From the NCBI GenBank assembly GCA_965218435.1, contig CBDCKW010000005.1, forward strand, positions 480,001 to 544,000: 64,000 bases of DNA. The letters run 5' to 3'. Both the position numbers and the translations under genes were made by a program. Position 1 is the stretch's first letter; each line of letters starts with the position of its first letter. Source of the stretch: Truepera sp. Its GTDB lineage: Bacteria > Deinococcota > Deinococci > Deinococcales > Trueperaceae. This document shows positions 44,294-51,940 of the stretch, piece by piece. Under the pieces are notes generated by a model. It was not told the origin of the DNA, did not search any database, and saw nothing but the letters and a program-made list of their open reading frames with translations.

Positions 44294-45250
44294 ATGAAAA
44301 TCAGGAAGAAACGCATCCGCAACCTTGGTTCCAACCTCAGTTTCGTAGAACCAGGCGAAACCATCACCCCTAGTTTTGGTGTTAACGACGCGGTTAGGGC
44401 GAAATTCATCGCACTTGGATTTAGCGATTTGACGCCGGGGGCCACGGTGCTGCCCAAGGTTGTCGGCCCGATTTCGAGGTTCAATGCCGAGGGTAAGGAG
44501 AAAGTGCTTCGGCATCTAGCCAAGGAGACCATGTACCGTCAAGTAGAGTGGCACTGGGTAGAGTTTCATGGCAAAGAGCGGGTCGAAGAACAAGGTATCA
44601 AAGACGTTCCTTACAAGCGTTACCCGCGTGAGTTCATCCCACCCCCGGCAGTTGAGCTAAGCGTTACCACGGATGATGCAGGTCAGCTTTACATCGTTGG
44701 TAGTAAAACGGCCTGTCTACCAGAAAACGAAGATAGCTTACGACACGAGATCAATCTGTTCCTTGAATTGTTCGGGGAGTGCGAGATTCTCAAAGGGAAC
44801 CTCACCGCCTTTGTTCCAAGCAGTCTGAGACGGCTTAACTGGGAGATTCTGCCCAAAGGAAAGCTGCCGTGGGAGAGAATTGCCAAGGCAGCTAAACCCA
44901 CGGTCGAGCGTGCGCGTAAGGGCAGTAGACCCGCGATCTGGGCGCGTCTCGAGACGCTAAACGTGTACCAGCCCGACTTTCACGCGGTAGGACAGGCGGG
45001 CTTTGGCGGCTATATCGTTTTTGGCTTTGAGGAACTAGGTATTTACATTCTCGAAAGCAAAAACTACGGGAACGCAACCTATGTCTTCAAATCGAATTGG
45101 GAAACGCTTTCACAGATGACCAAAGCTGAAATCCTCAATCAAGACCTGCACTATGCCCGTCTCGTTCACCGGACGAGTTGGGCCGAGCAGCTTCGTAAGC
45201 TCCTCCGCGACAACGGCTACGGAAGTGCCGATGAAAAGGTGGCCGCGTAA
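44294..45250 (+). CDS. Hypothetical protein, 318 aa
   Basis: AGGAG RBS; intact ORF whose stop overlaps the next start (TAATG). Confidence 0.75.
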   Translation: MKIRKKRIRNLGSNLSFVEPGETITPSFGVNDAVRAKFIALGFSDLTPGATVLPKVVGPISRFNAEGKEKVLRHLAKETMYRQVEWHWVEFHGKERVEEQGIKDVPYKRYPREFIPPPAVELSVTTDDAGQLYIVGSKTACLPENEDSLRHEINLFLELFGECEILKGNLTAFVPSSLRRLNWEILPKGKLPWERIAKAAKPTVERARKGSRPAIWARLETLNVYQPDFHAVGQAGFGGYIVFGFEELGIYILESKNYGNATYVFKSNWETLSQMTKAEILNQDLHYARLVHRTSWAEQLRKLLRDNGYGSADEKVAA

Positions 45251-45498
45251 TGAGCAAGAAAACAGACCGTTCGGTGTACCGTCGCTCAGACGGTACATGG
45301 GTCAACAAGCAACACGGCAATAGCAATGCGTCGAGTGTTCACGACACCCAAAAAGCTGCAACGGAGGCAGCACGCAATATGCTCGTCAACCAGGGCGGCG
45401 GAGAGCTTAATGTACATGGTAGAAACGGGCAGATTCGCTCGAAAGACACCATCGCACCGGGTAACGATCCGTTTCCGCCAAGAGACATCGAACACTAG
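45250..45498 (+). CDS. DUF2188-like small protein
   Basis: WVNK..ASSVHDTQKAA..AR..GGELNVHGRNGQIRSKDT..GNDPFPPRD. Confidence 0.8.
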   Translation: MSKKTDRSVYRRSDGTWVNKQHGNSNASSVHDTQKAATEAARNMLVNQGGGELNVHGRNGQIRSKDTIAPGNDPFPPRDIEH

Positions 45499-45507
45499 CT
45501 AACAGAG

Positions 45508-45551
45508 CAATGGGGTAGCCGTCCATTAAATACGACGGCTACCCTCATTTT
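45508..45551 (+). terminator. Intrinsic terminator
   Basis: GGGTAGCCGTC..GACGGCTACCC followed by a T-rich tract. Confidence 0.7.
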
Positions 45552-45657
45552 ATGTTAGGTACTAATTGAGACAGTTTAGCTAAAAACATTTGATAGCTTG
45601 ACGCGACTACAAAGTAAAAGCGACTTTGTTGAAAGGATATTGAGACCGATACTTTCA

Positions 45658-46260
45658 TCAGTCTGCTTCAAGTAAAGCTGTCCACCAACCTAGATTCGGC
45701 TCTCTGTGCCCCGGCTTGAAATTTCCACCAATCTGCACATCAAGAAGTACTTCTCGAAGCGCTTCTGCATCAAGTTGAACAGCTTCCGACCACCTCTTAA
45801 GTAAGCCGATGCTTGTCATGACTGAAATGTCTGGCGCTCGCGCTGTAATTTCTCTAATGGCTTTACGGTCATCGGTGACGAATGCCCCGCCTCGCAAGAT
45901 GACAGCCGCGATAGTTTCGGCCTCTCCCTGATCCAAGCTAGCGGCCAAGTCGATCAGCGCCTCTAGCTCTTCGTCCGTGGAAAGCTCAGGTTCGAGATGG
46001 AGGCTACCCGAGGTTAGAGCAGCAGCCAAGTCAACTGAAACGGGTGAGCCTCTCGCCATACCCTTGCGTTCGTAAACGTAAAGCGCCTCTTCATGGGCAA
46101 CCCACGGGGTAACCAAGAACTCGAATTCCAGAACCTCCGCTATTTCCCCGAGTCTCTTCGTGGCGTACAGATTGAGCAGCGCACAGGAGTCTAGATACCA
46201 CCGCTGACGCACTAACGATTCCTGACCGTGATCGCTTCCTCGACGGGCAATGGTGTCCAA
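45658..46260 (-). CDS. PIN-domain ribonuclease
   Basis: YLDSCALLN, V..E, LDQGEAETIA and FVTDDRKA acidic motifs. Confidence 0.8.
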   Translation of the reverse strand: MDTIARRGSDHGQESLVRQRWYLDSCALLNLYATKRLGEIAEVLEFEFLVTPWVAHEEALYVYERKGMARGSPVSVDLAAALTSGSLHLEPELSTDEELEALIDLAASLDQGEAETIAAVILRGGAFVTDDRKAIREITARAPDISVMTSIGLLKRWSEAVQLDAEALREVLLDVQIGGNFKPGHREPNLGWWTALLEAD

Positions 46261-47441
46261 CCTTGATGTCCCTCTTCGTCGAGCGTAAATTGATGGCGAA
46301 ACTCTTCAACGACGTCTCTAGCTAGCAATCGGTTGACACCGAGAAACTGTGCGAGTTGACCTTCGGTGATCTCCTCTTTAAGAAACGCCAAGACTGCAAG
46401 GAGCCGGTAGCGTTCCGGCAGCATGGGTTCTTCGGATAGAGATTCCGTCGTTACTCCGGCGATCTCTTGAGCTTTTCTAACCTTGAGGCCGTCTGCCTTA
46501 AAGCCGTTGACCGTACCGTTCGTAAGTACGCCCATTTCCTCAAGCCTGTAGCCGTAAGCTTCAAACGAAACGCCGTAGTACCGGGCAAAGCGTAAAAGGT
46601 CTCCGAGCGTGAAGTCACCGGCAGTTTGAATATGGGAACGGAGTTGGCGGCGTACCCCACTCTCGGGCAGCAAGAACCTCGAGGCAAAAGCATTCGCAAA
46701 CCGTTCAGACTCGGGATAGCGGTCATAGCTTCTCAGAACCTGTATCTCTGGGTTCATGCGGTTCGTAAGAAAATGTCCATACTCATGCGCTAGAGTCATC
46801 CGCTGCCGGTCGGCTGGGTGCTTGCGGTTGATCGCAATACATCCCCCAAGTTCGTCGGTAAAGCCAAACATCCCAGCGATCTGCGAAGGTAGATCGAGGT
46901 AAAAGATTCTGAGACCGACTTCCGTTTCTAGTAGAGACCGAAGCTCCCCAATGGGACTGTCGCCAAGGTTAAGACGAACCCGCTCCTGTTTAGCGATCTC
47001 GTCAGCAGCGATCTCGACGGGCATACCCGAATACGAATACTCCGCTGGGTAACGTTTGGGCATGGCTGAGCCCATCATAGTTTCGAGCGTCAGGTAGTTC
47101 TCTGCATACTTCTGGAGTAAAGCAACGGCCTGTTCGACCTCGCTTTCACCTACAACGTCCAAAAGCCTCTTCTCAAAGCGTGCGCGGAAGGCGACACTAA
47201 GATCCCCGGTTGGAACCGGACGCCGCAAAAGCATATTCAAATCCTGCTCATAAAATCCAGCAAGCTTCGTCAGGTCGCTGGGCGTTAAGCGTCGCTTCCC
47301 CTGCTCAACGGCGACGAGCGAGGTGCGGGCAATCTCTAGAACCCCGGCAGCATCCTCTTGCGTTTTACCTGAAGCTTTTCGGGCACTCTGAAGTCGCTTA
47401 CCTAAGGTGACCCAATCGATACTTTTTAAGTCAAAAGTCAA
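46212..47441 (-). CDS. XRE-family HTH fused to ImmA/IrrE (peptidase M78) metallopeptidase
   Basis: TQEDAA..IARTSLVAVEQGKR; RQRMTLAHEYGH; E.FANAFA..FLLP; GAGGAG RBS before TTG 47441. Confidence 0.9.
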   Translation of the reverse strand: MTFDLKSIDWVTLGKRLQSARKASGKTQEDAAGVLEIARTSLVAVEQGKRRLTPSDLTKLAGFYEQDLNMLLRRPVPTGDLSVAFRARFEKRLLDVVGESEVEQAVALLQKYAENYLTLETMMGSAMPKRYPAEYSYSGMPVEIAADEIAKQERVRLNLGDSPIGELRSLLETEVGLRIFYLDLPSQIAGMFGFTDELGGCIAINRKHPADRQRMTLAHEYGHFLTNRMNPEIQVLRSYDRYPESERFANAFASRFLLPESGVRRQLRSHIQTAGDFTLGDLLRFARYYGVSFEAYGYRLEEMGVLTNGTVNGFKADGLKVRKAQEIAGVTTESLSEEPMLPERYRLLAVLAFLKEEITEGQLAQFLGVNRLLARDVVEEFRHQFTLDEEGHQGWTPLPVEEAITVRNR

Positions 47442-47455
47442 GGCCCGACTCCTCT

Positions 47456-48871
47456 CTATGTAACATGGCTCGGCAGACGCGGCAAGGTCGCCGAAAACCA
47501 CTCCCATTCACAAACGTAGGTTGTAAACAGCTTAACAAGCTCCTCCGTTACCTCCTGGATGGTCAGGTTGGTTGTGGCGGCGATGGCCATCCTCGCGCTC
47601 ATCAGTTCGGGGAACTCACGTAAAAGACTGGCGAACTTGGCTTTCACGTTCTCCTCATCAAGTGCGTAGCGTAACCGCTCAGCCTGGGTCTCCATGCAGT
47701 GTAAAGGCAACAACTTGATACTGTTAGAAGTGCTCGGCACCGTATGATATACGTCCGTTTCATATGTCTTTTGGTCTCTATCTAGGCTTTCCAAGTTGCC
47801 AGCAGCTAGAGATACTCTTCTTAAAAGGCACGACGTACAGACACCGCACTGCTCTTTTGATCTGGGTTTCCGGCGAGGGAAACCGTCGCATGAGATCGTC
47901 TGAACGGCAAGGTCGCCGAAACCTCGCTCCTGCACCTCAATACACATCTGGCCTTTGGTCTTCCACAAAGATGGGTTTTCAATCTTGATGGGCGTCTCGA
48001 ATAAGTTAGAGGCAAGGGCAGCCATCCGCCTTAGCCCTTCAGGATGCATGGCACGGGTGTAGTCCACGCCTAGACCCGAGACCGTCTGAGGCAAGTTGAT
48101 CGCTCCCACGCCATTTTCGTAGACGTTGAGTGTACTCAGACCAAGAACGCGCGCGACCGAGATGCCGAGTGCCAAAAAGAGAAACCCCCGCGAGCGTTGG
48201 GTTCGCTCTTGTTCCAAACGCCCCTTGCTATAGGCATAGGAGATCGCCTGTTGATCGAGGTGATGATGTAGTGGAACATGGATCAGCTTTTTGCCATCTC
48301 GCTTTAATTTTCGGTTCGTCGCCTCTAAAATCTCACGCTGACGAGTGAAAAGATTGCCGCCGGTGTACGAAGCAACCAAAACACCCGTATCGTGCCCAGG
48401 AATATAGATTTGGCTGACAGCTCCGGCAAACGAATCCAGACCGCCGCTAAACAACCCTACAAACGAACAATCCACCGGCTCATCAAAAAGTGGAACTGCT
48501 ACGCTTTCCGACTCAAGGGGAGCGAACTCGAAAGACCAGGTGTCACCTGTAAAAAAGCCGAGTGCCGCTTCTAGACTCTGTTGCAGGTGAGGTTGCGCCC
48601 AGAAACTACATTTTCTTACCTTCACCTTAAGCTTGAACACTCGACCCGTCATGGCAGTAGCCCAGTCATCCGGGTGGCCGGGCGAACGAGGCGTGATACG
48701 GTCCGCTACATATGCGGCCATAGCGACATCGAGCAGATCTTTTTCAGCTTCTGGCAAATGTGTCATTAGCGTGTGTTCGACGGTGGTCGTATCAATACTT
48801 AGGGCTCGAGCGTCAACCTGCACTGCATCCGTAAAAGACTGCTGCCAAAAAGGATGAGCAAAGTCAATCAT
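47456..48871 (-). CDS. QueC-like (7-cyano-7-deazaguanine synthase family, QatC-like) PP-loop enzyme with N-terminal extension
   Basis: LFSGGLDS, ERTQRSRGFLF, YENG, TRAMHP, NP..WKTKGQM, SC..QCGVCTSCLLRR; about 471 aa, roughly twice canonical QueC. Confidence 0.85.
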   Translation of the reverse strand: MIDFAHPFWQQSFTDAVQVDARALSIDTTTVEHTLMTHLPEAEKDLLDVAMAAYVADRITPRSPGHPDDWATAMTGRVFKLKVKVRKCSFWAQPHLQQSLEAALGFFTGDTWSFEFAPLESESVAVPLFDEPVDCSFVGLFSGGLDSFAGAVSQIYIPGHDTGVLVASYTGGNLFTRQREILEATNRKLKRDGKKLIHVPLHHHLDQQAISYAYSKGRLEQERTQRSRGFLFLALGISVARVLGLSTLNVYENGVGAINLPQTVSGLGVDYTRAMHPEGLRRMAALASNLFETPIKIENPSLWKTKGQMCIEVQERGFGDLAVQTISCDGFPRRKPRSKEQCGVCTSCLLRRVSLAAGNLESLDRDQKTYETDVYHTVPSTSNSIKLLPLHCMETQAERLRYALDEENVKAKFASLLREFPELMSARMAIAATTNLTIQEVTEELVKLFTTYVCEWEWFSATLPRLPSHVT

Positions 48872-49504
48872 CGTTTTCCTCAAGGTCTAGCCCGATAGCA
48901 CTCCTATTGATTCCAAGAGAAACGCTGACCAACTCAGGCTGCGAAGGTTTCTGGTACTTAGGGCGACGGATAGGGGTAATTTTTGGCTTGTCGGAGTTTT
49001 TAGCTAGTTCCTTTGCAGTGGCTTTAAGTTCATCCCGTAACACTTCCTCGCAAGCTCGAAGCTCTTTTTGGGCTTCAGTAATGTCCCTATAAATGTCTGG
49101 CACCCCCCTCACACCCAAAACACCCAAACAATAGACCCGTGGGACTTCGACGCAAAATTCTTCGCATAAGCGTTCTCTAACTTCATCTACTGATTTAGGT
49201 TGCTCTGAGGAAATAAGCATTTCGGCCCAAGCACGCTCTGCTGCATGTAACCTTCACGGGCTAGTTCACTGTTCACTGGGGGTTTCAGCGTCGCCCCCAA
49301 ACGCTCTTCTAAAGGAAGTTGCACAAGTTGCGAGAGCTGCTGCGTCAAAGGTTCCAAAAACTTTGAGCCCGAGGACTTACCCAATTCTTTAGACGTTATA
49401 TGTGCAAGGTACTTCGCTAAGAATTTAGGCCCTTTACGGGCAGCCCTGTATGCCCCGCGCCATCCTTTAGGTAGTGACCTAGATAAGTTATCGCGATCAG
49501 GCAT
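48864..49504 (-). CDS. First gene of the QueC-like operon; hypothetical ~213 aa, apparently frameshifted near 49250
   Basis: AGGAGG RBS before ATG 49504; two overlapping ORFs (49187-49504, 48864-49220); the second overlaps the QueC-like start. Confidence 0.6.
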
Positions 49505-49522
49505 TCACAAGCCTCCTACTTG

Positions 49523-49551
49523 AAAATACTGTAAATGTCGAAAAATGTCAA
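49523..49551 (-). promoter_or_regulatory. Sigma70-type promoter of the QueC-like operon
   Basis: TTGACA-17 nt-TATTTT just upstream of the RBS. Confidence 0.6.
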
Positions 49552-49612
49552 TTTTTATAGTTTAATTTACTCTTAATATTTGACATTGACAAGTCCTGAT
49601 CAGCAGTAATTA

Positions 49613-49644
49613 AAATATGCCGAACTGAACAGTTCGGCATATTT
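49613..49644 (-). terminator. Intrinsic terminator directly after the tRNA-like gene
   Basis: AAATATGCCGAACTG-tt-CAGTTCGGCATATTT followed by TAATT. Confidence 0.7.
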
Positions 49645-49651
49645 CATATTG

Positions 49652-49771
49652 TGACCCTGGAGAGGTTCGAACTCTCGACCTTCCGTTAGTGGTGCCAAGT
49701 TGAGGTACTGCCCCTCAAAAAGTCTTTGAACTTGACTCATACGGGTGCTCTATCCACTAAGCTACAGAGTC
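49652..49771 (-). ncRNA. tRNA-like RNA with a 54-nt structured insert in place of the anticodon loop
   Basis: Acceptor GACTCTG/CAGGGTC; D-arm GCTT-AGTGGATA-GAGC; stem CCGT/ACGG; variable AGGTC; T-arm GAGAG-TTCGAAC-CTCTC; discriminator A; no encoded CCA. Confidence 0.8.
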
Positions 49772-49828
49772 GTATCTACCTTATGGCTATTTTACAGCTA
49801 ATTCGTGCTGAATGCAGTTCCGTAGACA

Positions 49829-50340
49829 TCAAGAAAAGCTGCTGCCCGGTAGCGTTGATGTGTTTACCCGGTACCGCCCTGTCCGGTTCGCCGCGGGCTC
49901 GAGCCCCTCGAGCTGCCCCAGCGCGACGAGCCGTTGCAACGCCTCTGCTGCATTCCGGTGCGAGATGCCCAGCAGCCCCTCGAGCTGCCTGACCGATACC
50001 TCTACCTCACCGTAAGGCTCGAGATAGAGATAAACGAGCTTCGCTGTCTGATTCTCCGCTAGCAACCGTTCGGGGAGTGCCAGCGCCTGCACCTCGGGCT
50101 GACCACCTGGTGAACCGCTCGAGGCCCCTACTGGTGTCCCTCGGCTGTTACTGAGCCCAAGCCCCCGCAACCTCTTGAGTGAGAGCGAAACCGCCCCCTG
50201 GGAGATACCTAATGCTCTGGCAATCTGCCGTTGAGAATAAGCCACAAGCTGCCCGGGCTCTAGCCAGAGGTAAAGCAGTTTAACGATAACGCTCTCGTTT
50301 TTAAGCTCGGCAAGTATAGGGGTCAGCGTGGCGAGTTCGG
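49829..50340 (-). CDS. Tandem winged-HTH protein; start uncertain, possibly truncated
   Basis: Two similar units KLLYLWLEP..SQRQIARALGISQ and KLVYLYLEP..SVRQLEGLLGISH. Confidence 0.55.
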
Positions 50341-50360
50341 GGATACCAACTTCCTTTCTT

Positions 50361-50404
50361 CTCCCCTGTCAGCTGTGGTGCGCGCACCACAGCTGACAGG
50401 GGAG
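50361..50404. repeat. Perfect 44-bp spacerless palindrome
   Basis: CTCCCCTGTCAGCTGTGGTGCG|CGCACCACAGCTGACAGGGGAG. Confidence 0.9.
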
Positions 50405-50463
50405 CTTCAGAGTTTACTACATGGGTAAAGGGTTCGTATTGGCGCTAGAACCGGGGAAAGGGT

Positions 50464-50838
50464 TTAGTATTCACCCATTAGCATGACCACGCGCTCTTGT
50501 CCATTCTGCTGGAGGTAGAGCTTGATCTGCTCGAGCGGAAAGTCCGTCCAGGGGATGCTCTGCTCGTGGTAGCTGGTTTGGGGTTCGCGGCCATCATGAA
50601 TGACGACGGCGGCGCGGCGGTTGTCTTGGACGCTCAGCTCGAGGACAGCAAACTCGTCGGTAACTTTGGGCAGCACGCTCCAGATGATGTCCAGCAGCCA
50701 GTACGCCCCGGCTTCGTCGGCTAGGTATTTCGCGCCGTCGGTCGCCAGCAGGCCGGGGTGCGTTCGGTGGTAGCGTTCGGTGCCGCTGAACTGTGCCAAA
50801 TTCCTGCACAGCTCGTCGGAAGTGGTGGGGCGCTTCAT
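50464..50838 (-). CDS. DUF6876-like protein
   Basis: LAQFSGTERYH..TDGAKYLADEAGAYWLLD..IPWTDFP..L..EY. Confidence 0.75.
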   Translation of the reverse strand: MKRPTTSDELCRNLAQFSGTERYHRTHPGLLATDGAKYLADEAGAYWLLDIIWSVLPKVTDEFAVLELSVQDNRRAAVVIHDGREPQTSYHEQSIPWTDFPLEQIKLYLQQNGQERVVMLMGEY

Positions 50839-50974
50839 CGCGCCCCCTCCGGTTCTTGTTGCAGTTCGTCTAGGGTGTCGCTCTCGGCGGCGTTCAGCTC
50901 AGCCATCAGCGCCTCGAGATCAGCTTCGCGGTCGGCCCACACCTCGATGTCCAGGGGAAGAGTAAAAGGGGGCG

Positions 50975-51328
50975 TCATGCCACCCCCTCCAAGACTCTCT
51001 GCACTTCTAACAGGCGCAGCTTATAGCGTAGGCAGTCCCAGCTCGTGCGGGCTTGCTCGAGGTCTCGTCTCGCTTCGTTCAGTGTCACCTCGAGCCCGAG
51101 TAGCTCGGTGTGCTCGTCAAACAACTTGAGCCGCAGCGCCGCGTCCCTAGCTTCGGCGTTTTTGCGGTCGATGCCCTTTTGCAGTAGCTCGGCACGTTTG
51201 AACTCTAAGGTGCATTTCGCTTCTGCCAGGGCGTTCGCCGCGTCGGTATAGCTGGCCTGGGCGTCACTCAAGCGGTCGCAAGCTCGATCAAACGTCTGGG
51301 GCGCTAGGAAGGTAAGGGGGGCGCTCAT
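50975..51328 (-). CDS. Coiled-coil hypothetical protein
   Basis: Strong RBS and ATGA overlap with neighbouring ORFs. Confidence 0.65.
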   Translation of the reverse strand: MSAPLTFLAPQTFDRACDRLSDAQASYTDAANALAEAKCTLEFKRAELLQKGIDRKNAEARDAALRLKLFDEHTELLGLEVTLNEARRDLEQARTSWDCLRYKLRLLEVQRVLEGVA

Positions 51329-51579
51329 GCCGCCCCTCCAACTTCTAACAAGCGCAGTTGAACCTTCAGATACTCGAGGTTGAGTTGTGCCTGCTCGATT
51401 CGGGTCTCAAGCGTAAGAAGCTCGGGTTCTAACTCTTTCTGTCTGGCTTGATTGAAGCCGTTGCCCCGGCTTACCGTTCTCTGCTCCAGCGTCGCCTCTA
51501 AGCGCCTCTCTAACAGGTTGTGTAACTGGTGATGGGCTTCTTCTATCTTGTGCGCGAGGTCGATCAGGGGGGTACTCAT
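51325..51579 (-). CDS. Small coiled-coil hypothetical protein
   Basis: Strong RBS, ATGA overlap; C-terminus resembles that of the next ORF (LRLLEV). Confidence 0.6.
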   Translation of the reverse strand: MSTPLIDLAHKIEEAHHQLHNLLERRLEATLEQRTVSRGNGFNQARQKELEPELLTLETRIEQAQLNLEYLKVQLRLLEVGGAA

Positions 51580-51758
51580 ACCCTCCCCTCCTGATTCCCT
51601 TTGCCCTGCTCGATGGTTTGCAGCTCGGCGTCGATTCTCTCGACTTTAGCCGCGACGCCGTAAGGCTGAGACTCAAAACACATACGGCGCTCTAAACGCT
51701 TTCGTACCTGTAACAGCTCGAGTTGACGCTTGGTAATGGGGGCAGTAAGGTGAAACAT
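51576..51758 (-). CDS. Small hypothetical protein, first gene of the operon
   Basis: AAGGAG RBS before ATG 51758. Confidence 0.5.
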   Translation of the reverse strand: MFHLTAPITKRQLELLQVRKRLERRMCFESQPYGVAAKVERIDAELQTIEQGKGNQEGRV

Positions 51759-51911
51759 AGCATCTCCTTCTGGGAGTTGTGGATGAAGGTCACGCATACT
51801 TTCGACGGTTGGCGTGGCCTTCGGCTTTTGTTCGGGGCTAATCTCTAACCTCCTCTGTCAAGCTTCGGTATTCGGTTTTCAATGTCCTCAGTAGCTCGGC
51901 TAACTGATTAA

Positions 51912-51940
51912 ATAATAGCACATAGTGGCTAGGATGTCAA
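51912..51940 (-). promoter_or_regulatory. Near-consensus sigma70 promoter
   Basis: TTGACA-17 nt-TATTAT with extended -10 TG. Confidence 0.7.

Noticed and set aside
46212..47441. Deinococcal irrE/pprI orthologue
   Set aside because: It has an N-terminal XRE HTH fused to the peptidase and sits in a mobile operon, unlike the peptidase-HTH-GAF order of PprI.
47456..48871. Housekeeping queC or a complete QatABCD system
   Set aside because: It is about twice the canonical length, has no queD/E/F neighbours, and no QatA ATPase or QatD is in the window.
49652..49771. Ordinary functional tRNA, or tRNA with a group I intron
   Set aside because: There is no 7-nt anticodon loop, and 47 extra nt is far too short for a self-splicing intron. 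No anticodon can be assigned.
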